A stretch of 64,000 nt of DNA. It comes from Ruditapes philippinarum. Its lineage: Eukaryota. Position 1 is the first letter of the stretch. Each line of letters opens with the position of its first letter. Shown here one piece after another: positions 37,701 through 51,322 of the stretch. The notes under the pieces were generated by a model that was given only the letters and a program-made list of their open reading frames with translations, did no database searches and had not been told where the DNA came from. Both the position numbers and the translations under genes were made by a program. The DNA lies in contig NW_026866343.1 of assembly GCF_026571515.1 (NCBI RefSeq), positions 1 to 64,000 of the forward strand. Reading direction: 5' to 3'.

Positions 37701-39982
37701 AATATCTATTAGGATTTACCTATAACCCTTAGTTTATAAAAAAGAGTTGGGCAGTCTTTTTAAATTTTAGACAGATTTATTATTTTATCCTAAACCTTTT
37801 TCCAATATCAACTGTTGGTCAAACACCATTTTGACAGCCAATCTTTTCAAATATAAAGTCAATTCAGCTCAATTTGACCATGAAAATATGAGTATAGTGT
37901 GGGAAAAATTATAATGCATTTAAAGAAATTTTGAAATTAAAAAAACTCTTTTATACATGCCTTTACATTTTGGTCATGTGTATGATCATATACCGGTAAT
38001 CTGTCACTTCTTTTGAAGAAACAAATCAAAACAGTTCAATTGTTGTCAAAAGTTGAAACAGTTTAATTTTTTTGCTGCTGTTCACAGTTTGGCAAAATAA
38101 TATGTGTTTTTTCCATCTAATCGAGGGTTCAAAAAAACTTGTACTGTATAGCTTCATGGTGAACTACTGTTCACAATACAGAGGTCAATGCCTTGCTATT
38201 ATGATCAATATACTTCCCAAGTTTTATCTGTAGAAGTTTGTTTGTACCTCAGAATATGATAGAAAAAAACCCATATTTGCTGAGTTCTGAAGTATCTCTA
38301 TTTCTATTATTCCTGTTGATTTTATTTGAAAATATCAAGATGTGTTGTTTTTCCCAAAAATTGAGTTTTCATGCATATAAAGAAAGTTTGTAGTTTCAAG
38401 TCTGCTTCCTGTTATATACTTATATATAATATACGCTTGTTATTTTAGAAGACTGATTTTAACAATTTATATATTTTCAGGGGCTTTACAGGATCTAAAT
38501 AAAGCCATAGAGTTGAGTGGGGGACACAGGAAGGTAGCTTGCCAGGCGTATACTCAGAGGGGAATTATTAAACGTCTTGAAGGTAAAAATCATTAAAACA
38601 TTCTCATCATTAAAAATACATGTCACATCTTTGTTTTGACTATTCTTTTCTGGTAATGTTTGCATTGAGTTGTAGTAAGTGGTCTGCATGCCTCTCGTGA
38701 GAGTTATTTTCAGCTCACCCAATAGCTTTTACAAACAAACACATGCAAATGTTGTTGAAGGGAAAACATTTATAACAGACGAGCTGTAATACTGTGAATA
38801 GTTATGTTGACAGTGTTAAGTATCCTACATAAACACCAAAGATAAAATTGAACACAACTTGTGATTGTATGCCCTTTATTTATCTCCCTTTTTAAAAAAA
38901 AAAAAACATTTATAAACAACAGTTGATATCTTAAAACACACATGCTGTGTATTAAGCTTCAATGGCATGCATACATGTAATTATGAAATACCTATTTTTA
39001 GCATCATAGCTACATGTATATATTAGACATATGTACAACGTAAAATGTGGGTCAAATTGACTATCATTTGAATGATTAATATTTGTGACAAGGGAGACAA
39101 CTTTAGAATTATGAATACCATTTGTGTCATGGTAGACAACTGTCATTTGTGACAAGGGAGGCAACTTAAGAATTATAAATGTGATTTGTGACAAGGGAGA
39201 CAACCTTAGAATTATGAATACCATTTGTGTCATGGTAGACAACTGTCATTTGTGACAAGGGAGACAACTTAAGAATTATAAATGTGATTTGTGACGAGGG
39301 AGATAACTTTAGAATTATAAATGCCATTTGTGACTTTACAATTATAAACGCCATTTTAGACAAGGGAGACAACTTTAGAATGTAAATGCTATTTTAGACA
39401 AGGAAGACAACTTTAGAATTATAAATGCCATTTTAGACAAGGGAGACAACTTTAGAATGTAAATGCTATTTTAGACAAGGAAGACAACTTTACAATTATA
39501 AACGCCATTTTAGACAAGGGAGACAACTTTAGAATGTAAATGCTATTTTAGACAAGGAAGACAACTTTAGAATTATAAATGCCATTTGATACAAGGGAGA
39601 CAACTGTACAATGTAATAAGATTTTTCTATAAATTGATATTAATAAACGGTCCTAGAACAAGATATTATCATTTTTATTACAAACAAAGTTATCAAATAA
39701 TACGGAATGGCATATTTTCTTTAGGGGTTATTTAATAGGAATATCTGAAAGATATATTTTACAAGTTTTACATTGAAAGTAAATGGTATCATGTGATACA
39801 AATTTATTGTAGGTGATGATGATGGCTGTAAAGAAGATCTGAGGAATGCTGCAAATCTTGGTGGACAGTTCGCTAAACAGCTTCTTGTAACCATGAATCC
39901 GTATGCTGCTCTGTGTAACCAGATGCTTGGTGAAGTTATCGGAAAATTACGGAGTGGAGAAGGGGATTTGCCGATGGAATAG
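34790..39982 (+). CDS. TTC36: Tetratricopeptide repeat protein 36 homolog (189 aa)
   Basis: Exons 34790-34904, 37271-37453, 38481-38582 and 39813-39982 (570 nt, in phase). HDKDVLTRIFNPSLPYGD, LEIEGVKAAESG, ASSYNNRAQALRLHGD, QAYTQRG and AANLGGQFAKQLLVTMNPYAALCNQML match TTC36 motifs. Confidence 0.95.
36975..37200 (-). mobile_element. tRNA-derived SINE, probably Meta-SINE type
   Basis: Minus strand A box TGGCTGAGTGG and B box GGTTCGAAT, with a body ending GGCACCTGAGGTCTTCCTCCACCAG..GCTGGAA. Decayed relatives lie at 19468, ~32330-32375 (-) and ~51640-51785 (+). Confidence 0.85.
39080..39610. repeat. Minisatellite, ~38-39-bp unit containing GACAAGGGAGACAACTTTAGAATT (TTC36 intron 3)
   Basis: About 12 copies, with a higher-order ~114-bp repeat at the left. 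A related short array lies at 42945-43055. Confidence 0.95.
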
Positions 39983-41623
39983 ATTTCATGATCGTAATAA
40001 TTGTTTATGATTTGGTTGATATTAAATCCAACAATGAACAAAATAGTTCAGACTATGATGTGGAAAATGAAATAAAATTTTATGAACTGATATTTACAAC
40101 AACTGTTTAAGGTTTGCTCATTTATTTAGAACTGAACTTATTATTGTGCTTAGTTTTATTATGAGAATGGTCAGTATTAAGCGTATAAAGAGATGATAAA
40201 ATTTAAAACCAAATCTTTATAAAAGGTGCTGCTATTATCAACAGTTGTATATTGTAAGTGTACATTGAATCTCAAGATTTGTTTATTTTATTTGTACATG
40301 TATTAATTTTTTATATTCTTAAAAACCCTCTGTGCATTAACACATCGTAATAACACTTCAAATTAAGACATCGGAAAGAAAATGCATTAATTTTAATGTC
40401 AATGTGATACTATAAAGTCGAGTGGATGTGGGCAGATTAGGATGGAAGGTAGAAAGACTGTCTTATTTTAAGGTTTCATTAGCTCACAGAATTGATTCTT
40501 CTAAGTTAAACAATATTATATAATTTTAATCATTTTCAACCTAATTAAGTCATTAAGTCAGTTATATTTTAAGATTTTATGACACCTTCTTAGGGGATCA
40601 AAAATATTTTCTAAATCATTTATATTTTGTATGGGAAGCAACTGGCTGGCTCATTTTCCTACTCCTTATACTGTATATTTTCTCAAATTTTACTTATTGA
40701 TATGAACTGACATCTGGAATTTTCTTTCCTGGAGAGTGTAGTGTTTATGTAATATTAACTTACTTGTTTGATTTTGTTTTAACTGGGAACAGTTACTGTT
40801 GTTTTAATTGTCAAAAGGAATCTCATTTTCAAATTACTAATTTTATACATGTACATGTATATTGAAGTCATTGATAACATAAAACTGGGAGATTTTCATT
40901 TTAACATATATAACCTTTGTTTTGAAAATCTTTATTATTCTGTAAATGTGACTAATTTTGTTATTTTTTTAAACCAGTATGAAATGGTGTTATGAACACA
41001 TTGATAATTTAAGGTCTTGGTGCATAATGGTTGTAATTCCTTTTTTATGTTCTATGAAATTACAATTTTTTCATGCCAAGCTCTTTGTTATATTTGACCT
41101 GGGACACAATATGATTGGACAAATGGCCACAGACTTTATAAGAGCGTTTATAAATTTTCCTGTTTATTATTTGTATGCATACTGAGATAATCAAATGAAC
41201 TTGGAAACTTGGCTTAAAAATATCGCAAAGAAAGAGGTCTTATGCTGGTGTCAAATTGACACCTGATTGATTTGATTGATAATGCTATTGTTAACTTGCC
41301 TTTATTAAAAAAAATTAAATTGAACAATTTTCATAATGTCGATTTAGATTCATAATGATTGTTAGAATTTTCTGCCAGTTTGCTTATTTTGCTCTTATTT
41401 AAACTGTTTACTTAGGACAAAAAAAGATATTTCACAAAAATCAACATGTTTTCAGCTGAGTGCAATAGCTGATTAACTGCTATTGAATTTAGAAGGACTT
41501 ATTTCCATTATTGCACTAAGGCCTGATTGGACAAAAATAACAATACAGGACTGATCTGCAGTTGCTTGTTATATTTTATCGCAGGTTTGACATGTCTTCC
41601 ATTCCATTTGACACTTTGTGTCC

Positions 41624-42391
41624 TTATTAGCTCGACTATTCGATAAGAATAAGTAGAGCTATTGCAGTCACCCGAGCGTCGGCGTCCGCGTCGGCGTCCG
41701 CGTAACCACTTATGTTAAAGTTTTTGTAATAGTTCAAATATTTTCAAAGTCCATAGACATATGGCTTTGAAACTTTGCACACTTGTTCACCATCATGACC
41801 CCAACCTGTAGACAGGAGAAGGTAACTCTATCAAGCATTTTGACAGAATTATGCCCCTTTTTCGACTTAGAATTTACGTTAAAGTTTTTGTAATAGTTCA
41901 AATATTTTCAAAGTCCATAGACATATGGCTTTGAAACTTTGCACACTTGTTCACCATCATGACCCCAACCTGTAGACAGGAGGAGGTAACTCTATCAAGC
42001 ATTTTGACAGAATTATGCCCCTTTTTCGACTTAGAATTTATGTTAAAGTTTTTGTAATAGTTCAAATATTTTCAAAGTCCATTGACATATGGCTTTGAAA
42101 CTTTGCACACTTGTTCAACATCATGACCCCAACCTGTAAACAGGAGGAGGTAACTCTATCATGCATTTTGACAGAATTATGCCCCTTTTTCGTCTTAGAA
42201 TTTATGTTAAAGTTTTTGTAATAGTTCAAATATTTTCAAAGTCCATTGACATTTGGCTTTGAAACTTTGCACACTTGTTCACCATCATGACCCCCAACCT
42301 GTAAACAGGAGGAGGTAACTGTATCAAGCATTTTGTTTCCTATCAAGCACTAAGAATAGTCGAGCGTTGCTGTCCTACTGACAGCTCTTGT
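41624..42391 (+). mobile_element. HINE/Helentron-like non-autonomous element with ~3.8 internal 164-bp tandem repeats
   Basis: Subterminal inverted repeats GCTCGACTATTC (41630-41) and GAATAGTCGAGC (42354-65), a (GCGTCG/C)n microsatellite, units at 41714, 41878, 42042 and 42206, and a 3' hairpin GCTGTC-CTACT-GACAGC followed by TCTTGT. Confidence 0.9.
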
Positions 42392-42574
42392 GAATTACAT
42401 GTATTTATGTATGTCTTTCTTTTATTTTAGTTTTTGCTTCTTGTAAGCTACATATCCATACATCTAAGAACATTTTTTCTCATGCTGAAAATTGTTTTTC
42501 TTTATGATCTTTATATTTTTGGCTACTTAGTATAGTAAGAAGGTAGAATTGCAAACAAATCAACACATAATTTA

Positions 42575-42742
42575 TGATATTGATCCAATAACATAACCAT
42601 TACATTGTTAGTAGTAACGGATAATTTCAAATGATCCAATAAAATAACCATTACTGTGTTTGTAGTAATGGATAGTTTTAAATGATCCAATAACATAACA
42701 CTTATAGTACTAGTGTTAGTAGTAATGGATAGTTTCAAATTC
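42575..42742. repeat. ~51-60-bp tandem repeat, about 3 copies
   Basis: TGATCCAATAA...GTAGTAA(T/C)GGATA is repeated. Confidence 0.85.
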
Positions 42743-43094
42743 AAACGGTTAATTCGAGTATATATTATAGAATTTTTTCAACATTCCTAGTCATAAGGTG
42801 AAAGAGGTTTATTATGTATCATTTATGTTTGTTTTTTGACATCTAAGTCTTATTCATGTTCATTGTTATGTGCTGCATTTAGTTTGTTATTTAGACGCAA
42901 GAAAGACTGTTTAGTATGAAATTGAAATTTGAATCAAGGGAAACAATTTAGTGAAGAATTGTCTCTTGAAACAAGGGACACAATTTAAATAAAGAATTGC
43001 ATTTTGAAACAAGGGAGACAATTCAAGTAAAGAATTGCCTTTTGAAACAAGGCAGGAAGGCAGTTTAAGTACATGTGTAAATAACAAAGGGGAT

Positions 43095-43266
43095 ATCCGC
43101 GCAGTCTGATCAGGATCCATGCTGTTAGCTAACAAATCCTATAACAAGTAGAGAAACTGATATCGAACAGCATGGATCCTGATCAGACTGTGCGGATGCG
43201 CAGGCTGGTCTGGATCCATGCTGGTCGCAAACGCATTATGTTGGTTTTGTCATAACGCGGCTCAAA
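43095..43266. mobile_element. 5'-truncated copy of the palindromic MITE at 43604-43848
   Basis: Shares GCAGTCTGATCAGGATCCATGCTG...GTTGGTTTTGTCAT.ACGCGGCTCA. Confidence 0.9.
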
Positions 43267-43603
43267 TGGAATATTGATTTTTTGTGCAGTTCATAGCCTG
43301 ATTTAAGCACTGCAACGCTTTTCATTTTTTGTGTCATTTTGTACAATATAAATGATTATTTTGGAAAAATAGGGTGAGAGATTGATTTATTTCCGAAAAA
43401 TAGGGTGAGAGATTGATTTGAAATTTTTTTACACATGTAACTGGTTCAGACTACACAAATCTTGGGAAAAAATTTCCAGTCCCCTCATGTCAAAAACCTC
43501 AGTGGATTCTCTTTAACTCTATTTATTATCCCATCTACAAGTTTTTAATTAAACTCTAAAATTAAATTTAAGCCTCCTATGAATAATTATGCACATGAAA
43601 CTG

Positions 43604-43848
43604 TATATGAGCCGCATCATGACAAAACCAACATAATGGGTTTGCGACCAGCATGGATCCAGACCAGCCTGCACATCCACGCAGTCTGATCAGGATCCAT
43701 GCTGTTCGCTTACAAACCCTATTACAAGTAGAGAAACTGATAGGGAACAGCATGGATCCAGATCAGACTGCGGGGATGCACAGGCTGGTCTGGATCCATG
43801 CTGGTCGCAAACGCACTATGTTGGTTTTGTCATGACGCGGCTCATATA
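43604..43848. mobile_element. Palindromic MITE with ~100-bp TIRs, TA-flanked
   Basis: TATATGAGCCGCATCATGACAAAACCAACATA... and ...TATGTTGGTTTTGTCATGACGCGGCTCATATA. Confidence 0.9.
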
Positions 43849-44884
43849 TCTATACTTATTATATACATGTATATGTTTGTTACTGAGTATGAAAAAATAT
43901 TTTGTAAAATAAAATTAAAACAAACTTGTTGTTCTTAGGTTATATTTTACATATGTCATGTGGAGAACTGAAATAATGATTTTCTACATACATACAAGAG
44001 AGTCAAGTTGAGCCCTTGATACTCACCTGAACATCATCTCAAAATGATTATAAAAATGGGATGTTAACTTGGACATAACATTATACATATTGATGAAAGT
44101 GTTCTGTTTTCATTGGTTTAGTATGGAGCTATAAGGTTGTAAAAGAAGCAATAAAATTCAAGTTACACAATATGATGATGTTTTATTAAATAAATAACAA
44201 CAGCACAACAACATATAAACAACTGAGCAACAATGTTCATGATGGAAAATTCATTGATCATAGAAGCTTAGAAATATATTCGTTTCTTTTATATGTAAAA
44301 ATGTTTATTCAGAATACCTGGGTTAAATTAAAGCTATGAAGCCGATTTCTCAGCTTTGAGACAAGACTAGGTTATTTCAGACATTAGCAGGCACATTGGT
44401 GTTCACCAAATTTACGAAATATAGCCGGACAGCTTCAACCGGTTAAAGAATTGTGGATGGCTGGATAATATTGAGACTGAATGTCGCTGTCATTTTGTGA
44501 TCGTCGTAGGCATAATTGAAAGTGGAATAAGGGGCTTATAAGTGAATTGTACAGTGGCAAAGAGGGGGCATCGGATTTTTTTTCTCACTTGCGCCTACAA
44601 TACAGTTCTTAAAATCAGAGATATATTATGAAAATTAATATCCCTGATAAAAATCGAAAAACCTAAAAAGAACTGAATGCAGAGGCCATTGAGAAATTAG
44701 TCTCTTGCTGTAAACATGGTGTGTACCTATAACTCATAAACAATTCAATGCAAAATATTCTTTTTACCGTATTTCAAATTGGCTGATACATATGCAGTAC
44801 GTTACTAACATTTACACTTCTCCAATCTGTGTGTAATAATCTGTGTGTGGTTAACGTTGTTCGGAAATTAAACTTTACGGTTTA

Positions 44885-45090
44885 AACTTTTAATGCTTAA
44901 AGTGCAACTAAATATCATACTTCTAATGCTTACTGGGTAACTTTTAATGTTGACTGGGTAACTAAAAATTCAAAATTTTAATGCTTACTTAGTAATATTT
45001 ATTGCTTAGTGTTCAAGCTTTTAATACTTACTGGGTAACTTTTATTGCTAACTGGGTAACTAAAATTCAGTCTTAATGCTGACTGGATTA
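44885..45090. repeat. Degenerate ~20-bp tandem repeat (TTTTAATGCTTACTGGGTAAC)
   Basis: Read directly from the sequence. Confidence 0.8.
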
Positions 45091-45901
45091 GCTCCTGACC
45101 TTATACATAAAATAAAAGAAATTCGAAAAGTAATGTGCAAGATCAGTCATTAATTTTGATGAAATGAATTTCTGTTTTGATATCTTTTATTAGCTACTAC
45201 AGCAACTCAATTCTCATAAAAATAAAACGAAATAATTCTTCCCTAATTACGAAAAATCAAGGGTAGAGATGGATTTGAGATTTAAGTGTAAGAGTAGTTA
45301 TAATTTCACCTTTCTGTTTTAGTGGTTTCATATCCATGTGCCTACTAGTACCTTGAAAAATAATGTCTGGTCATCTTTACCCATTGCACAAGACTGTTAA
45401 TACAGACAGTCAGGCAAGTTACCACATGACCGTAATAGTTCCAGTGTACGGTGAAACATAACCAAAATAAGGTCAAAGGTCAAGGTGATAACCTGACTTA
45501 ACTGCATTATTTGGTTAACCTTTAACCTCCTGAATTTATGTAATAGATTTGTCCTGCAGTCCATTGAAAGTTTTAAGCATTTCATTTTCAATATACATAA
45601 AATTGAGCTTCCAACAGTGTATAACCCAAACAGCAAAGATATCAAAGGGTAAACAGTTTAGAAAAGAAGGTCACGACTCTGAAGTCTGTGTCATTAAATT
45701 ATCTCCCTTTTTGAGAAACAGCTATTAAGCACAAAGAATTCTCAAATATATGAGAACGGGTAAAGTATATATAAACATAACCATTTGATGAAGTCCATTT
45801 CCTAGAATCTATGTTCACAAATGTACATATGTTCACACATATTCACATATATTCACGTATGTTCACATATATTCACGTATGTTCACAGGTTAAAGTAAAA
45901 T

Positions 45902-48503
45902 CTACGTCCAGGAACTTTTAGTTTCTGGGGGTCTTGGAGTTGTAAAATTCTTTACTTGATTGCCACCACCGCAACATAAAAAGCGGTACCATCTGAAAAT
46001 AAATGAAATATTCAATATTCTTAAAATGTGTAACAGTTAAAGCAAAATGTGACCGAAGTTTTGAAAAGGATTACTCTTTAATTAGTTTCAAACTATTTTC
46101 GCTTGTAGAAAACAATGTTATAGGCAAACTGATATATAAAGAAGAGGTGGTCTTATGGTAATGGCGTTTTCCTCTCTGAAAAAAAATAATTAAGGGATGA
46201 CATAGTATAATTTAGAGAGAATAGAGTTCTAACTCAATCGAAATCCTTGCAGAGTTATGAGTCTTGTATAATGACATAAACTTATGACCTGGAAGACATG
46301 TGTTATGTTTACAGTAAATATATGCATTGGTTGTTGTGAAATAAAGGTACTTCAAAAATCATTGCAAAATGTTGCATCAACCCCAATGTCCAAAGTAAGA
46401 TGTGTCCACAATGTCCCCATACTATAAGAAGCCTCACTTACAGTTGTGTTTGTCTTTTATTCTGCTTTATGCTTTCTTCCTTCAATTCATCCTCTTTTGT
46501 TCTATTTTTGCGAGAATATTTTGGAGTTGGCAGCTCCTTGTCTGACTGGGCTCTGGACAATGCCTGCATCCATAATCTGTTGATACAAATATTCAAGATT
46601 TTAGAAACGTTTAAATATAGTAACTATGATTAGTATTTGTCCGAGTGAGGTAATATGATCTTATACCTGTAAAATAAAGACAGAGTGAGGTAATATGATC
46701 TTATATTTGTAAATTAAACACCGAGTGAGCTAATATGATCTTATATTTTTAAATTAAACACCGTGTGAGCTAATATGATCTTATATTTGTAAATTAAACA
46801 CCGTGTGAGCTAATATGATCTTATATTTGCAAATTAAACACCGAGTGAGCTGATATGGTCTTAAATTTGTACATGAAGTACCGAGTGAATGGTATGGTGT
46901 TATACTTGTAAATTAAGCACCGAATGAACCTATATAATCCCATACTTGTAAATCAAGTACCTACTGAGCTGATATGGTCTTATACTCGTAAATTAAGCAC
47001 CGAGTGAGCTGATATGGTCTTATATTTGTAAATTAAGCACCGAATAATCTGATATGGTCTTATATCTGTAAATCTAGCACCGAGTGAGCTGACATGGTCT
47101 TATATTTGTAAATTAAGCAACGAGTGGGCTGATATGGTCTTATATTTGTAAATTAAGCACGGATGAGCTTATATGGTCTTATATTTGTAAATTTAGCACC
47201 ATGTGAGCTGATATGGTCTTATATTTGTAAATTAAGCGGGGATAAGCTGATATGGTCTTATATTTGTAAATTAAGCACAGATGAGCTGATATGGTCTTAT
47301 ATTTGTAAATTAAGCACCGAGTGAGCTGATATGGCCTTATATTTGTAAATTAAGCGGGGATGAGCTGATATGGTCTTATATTTGTAAATTAAGCACGGAT
47401 GAGCTGATATGGTCTTATATTTGTAAATTAAGCACGGATGAGTTGATATGGTAAATTAAGCACCATGTGAGCTGATATGGTTTAATATTTGTAAATTTAG
47501 CACCGAGTGAGCTGATATATTCTTATATTTGTAAGTTAAGCACCGAGTGAGCTGATATGGTCTTATATCTGTAAATTAAGCACGGATGAGCTGATATGGT
47601 CTTATACTTGTAAATTAAGCACCGAGTGAGCTGATATGGTCGAAACAGGAGACGATAAACAGGAAATTAAGACAGAATTAATTATATCCCGTGCTTAACT
47701 TATAAATCCAAATTATTATATCATGATTTTAACATAAAATTACTTTGCACTATCAATATCTTTAGCACACAGGCTCAGTTTCCTCCCTCCAGTGAAATGT
47801 AGCTCAAATAAACAGTTCGTATCAACATCTGCTGGGGGTAACAATGTCCGGCACTGAAAAATACATGGGTTACAATGTCCGTCACGTTATAATACAGTAT
47901 ATAGTTAACATTAAGTTTTGTGTGTAGTATTAGATGTCAATGCAAAATCCTTACGTGTATAATTTAAAAAATCAAGTCACTTAAATAGTGAGACATTTAA
48001 TGTAAATCAAACATCTAATTGTATATGAAAATTTCCTGACATCTTAAAAATATGAATTTATAAATCATAGAATATGATAACTGTTTGAAAATATTTTGTA
48101 TTTTTTTCAGCTGTCAAAAGATAATATGAAAAAGGTTAATTGGTAAGAATTCTTTTCTTATTTTTCTTTTCTTTGGTGGTGCAAAGATCATTCGATATTT
48201 TATCATTATTAATGGGTACGCTAGTTTACCAGCACAGAGTACTAGACAGAAAATTTTATTTTAGATCAGTGTTCTGTATAGATATTACTGATCTAAAATC
48301 TTTACCTGTTTCCCAAATTTGATGACGACCAGATCCGTTTTTAAATTCCATGTTTTCTGTGGTCTCGAACTTCTTTTACTGCTAAAATATTTCAGGTTTC
48401 CCCCCAGACTGACAACTAGCCAGGTCTTCTTCCAACGTTTAAACAACGGTTCTTAAACATAAATAGATAAACAGATAATTAGATTAAAACAAAAGAAAAC
48501 AAA

Positions 48504-48536
<33 letters not shown>

Positions 48537-49071
48537 AACAACGAAACAAACAACGATCAACGAAACGAACTATCATAAAACTATTTGCAAAACTCGGCAA
48601 CTTGATGGGACAATTATTATCAAATAATCGATAAAAAATCCTAGAGAACTGTTGTATGAATTGCTTTAGTCTATTTTACTAAATATATTTATATGCATAT
48701 AAACACAACAAAAAACGAAGAAAAATAGAACAACATAATAATAATTTATCAAAAAAACCCACTGTATTCTAATCAAAGAAAGACATTGATACTTAATTTC
48801 GACTAAAATATTAAATTTTTCGTCAAGAACGGTTGTTTAAAGCAATCGAATATTTGTTTTGATTTCATAAAAATTAATCAGTTTAAAAAGAAATGCATGA
48901 ATCGCTCATTCTGCTCGTTCGATGTTTCATGCTCAGTTCGACACCCAATATTATTAAAAACTCTTAAACAATGAGAGAAAAACACCTATAAAACATGTAC
49001 TCACTTTGTCTAAATGTCCATCCCGCTTTAAGAAGCACCACATCCTTTTCTCCTGTCACTAGAGACGCCAT
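45902..49071 (-). CDS. Small PH-domain protein, PLEKHB/evectin-like N-terminus (182 aa)
   Basis: Exons 49071-49005, 48451-48306, 47853-47744, 46576-46442 and 45992-45902 (549 nt, GT-AG, in phase). Translation: MASLVTGEKDVVLLKAGWTFRQKPLFKRWKKTWLVVSLGGNLKYF...IKFGKQCRTLLPPADVDTNCLFELHFTGGRKLSLCAKDIDSAKLWMQALSRA...LWYRFLCCGGGNQVKNFTTPRPPETKSSWT*. It is absent from the ORF track because the exons are short. Confidence 0.9.
46640..47640. repeat. Minisatellite, ~40-bp unit, about 25 copies (GCACCGAGTGAGCTGATATGGTCTTATATTTGTAAATTAA), in PH-gene intron 3
   Basis: Read directly from the sequence. Confidence 0.97.
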
Positions 49072-51039
49072 AATTGTCACATTTCACGTGCACAACATTT
49101 TAAAATTAATCACCACATGTGCAAGTCTAGCTGTTTGAATTATACATCAGAGATATCCAAAATCCACTACAATAAGTATAACTAGTTGCTTTGGTATTTA
49201 TATCAACCACTGCAATAGAAATTTCTATTTTTGCATTCTCGTTTAGTTGAATATATAATTTATCTTCATATCTTTTCTTAATATGAAAAAAAAAAACAAC
49301 AAAAAACAAAAACAACAACAACCACACAAAAACACGATAATTGGAAGTATTGCACAATGTTTACGCAGTTACTCTAAACGCAATAACAATAAATTATCTG
49401 GCTAGAACAAATTAAAACTTGACTTGTAAAGCAAAATCGAACGTTCGTTGTAAGAAATCCCTTTCATTCATTTAATAATTTAATAAAAACTTCTCATAAG
49501 CCGATATAAGAATATTTGTTTTTTAACACGTTCTGATTCCGATAAGTCGAATTTATTTAACATAGAGAACACATTCTGATATCTAATAAAAACATAGCTT
49601 TTCAGACTTTAAATGTTCGATTTGTATAGTAGCCAGCATTTATCCAATATTAACAACCATTGGCTAAGAATTCTACAAAGCATATATTATTTTACAAAGT
49701 AATTATATCAGTTTACATTTGTATAAGCTATTTTCTATATTGTAGTTTATATGACATGTCAAATTCAATATTATACATTTTTTTATAAAGTCAACCTTTA
49801 ACCTGCCGTATATGTATTTGCCCTGTATTGAATGTTGCCTTGCTTTAAATCCAAAATTCAAAATCAAACTACAAGCTTCATAGATCCCGGTCAGAGTGCA
49901 TGGATGTGCAGACTGGCCTGGCATCATACTAGCGGCAAAGGCTGATCATTTCGGTTCCAACAGGGTGAAAGAAAAAGTAACACCTTTAAAGCATTTTGAG
50001 TATCTCCAAATTTTACAAAAATACAAACTTACATTTGCATATATAACACTTTTAGCACAGATGGCGTATTTTAGTTACATTCCCAGTACATAATAAAAAA
50101 GTTCATGTTTAAAATGAGAAGGGGAAATCAATAATTACTTAAAATTGTTACAAATGTTAATCCATGTGTGGATTAACCTCAAACCAAATATAATCAGCTT
50201 AATTTAAATATACAGCTTTCTTTATAACTCTGATACACTAAAATATCGAACTTAGCTAATAAATACTATTAAATAATCTAAATCTAATTCTAGATCGGTC
50301 AAGATTTAGCCCGCCTTCAGGTATAATAGGTGGTTAATATCGGTGGTTCTAAATCACCCTGATACCAATACCAGCAGAGGCTTTGTATTGTTTGATGTGG
50401 TAGTGCTGTCCAGCTGTCGTACGGTAGGTAGGCTGGTTCCTCGTGGGTACTTATGCTATAAAAATCGCACACATCACACGCAACATACCGAACGTTAACA
50501 AATTAATTAATAACACATTTTCGTTTTAGCATCACTCCATCGCCATTCACCCGTTATCCATGGTATACATTTGTTTAAATACATCCAGATACTAATACTC
50601 ATTCATTTGCATAGTCATTCTATAACATTAAACATTATGGAAACTGTACAGTTTATGTGTAATAATTTATGCTTGGTCCATATTTGATTTGATTGTATCT
50701 ACAGCAGAGCTTATAGACTATTCCATGCTTCACAGTGTTTGTGGTCCTAAATATGTAATAGTAGCCCGTAGTTCTTTTCGACAGCAGTTCCATTTTAATA
50801 TGATTAAACAACGTTTGCAAATGCCTTATATCAATAGAAGATCTCATTTCATTTTTGGAGTCAGGTCTTCAGAAGAAGTGTTAAACTTTTCTTAAATCCA
50901 CAGTAGTCAATATTTTTTTTTTTCATGAAGTTTTCATTTTTATCCATATATGACTTTTAGCAATCACTTTTATTTGCAGGTCATAAGTAAGAAATACAAC
51001 ATGGTCTTGAGGGCGATATACAAGTTTACGGACTGATTG

Positions 51040-51322
51040 GTCAGACTGAGGAAGATATATGGCGAAGCGCAGCTGAGGGACTCCTGTAAGGTTTGGTGGA
51101 AATCCCACTACTAGTTTGACCTGTGAAAGCCGGACAAGATTTTTCTTCGTGGCCATTTTGTGCAGCGAAGCGGAACGTCCCGGCGATATCCACAAGTAGG
51201 GATGGTACTGATCACTACTGTAAAGTTTGGTTGAAATCCCACCTGTAGTTTGACCTGTGAAAGCCAGACAAGATATTTCAATTTTATACCTCTGGCGGCC
51301 ATTTTGTGCAGCGAAGCGGAAA
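51040..51322. repeat. Two ~135-145-bp tandem units, probably a HINE-type internal repeat remnant
   Basis: Repeated GTTTGG..GAAATCCCAC...TAGTTTGACCTGTGAAAGCC.GACAAGAT...GGCCATTTTGTGCAGCGAAGCGGAA. Confidence 0.7.

Noticed and set aside
46640-47640. CRISPR-like regular array (also 39080-39610)
   Set aside because: Contiguous repeats with no unique spacers, in eukaryotic introns, and no cas genes.
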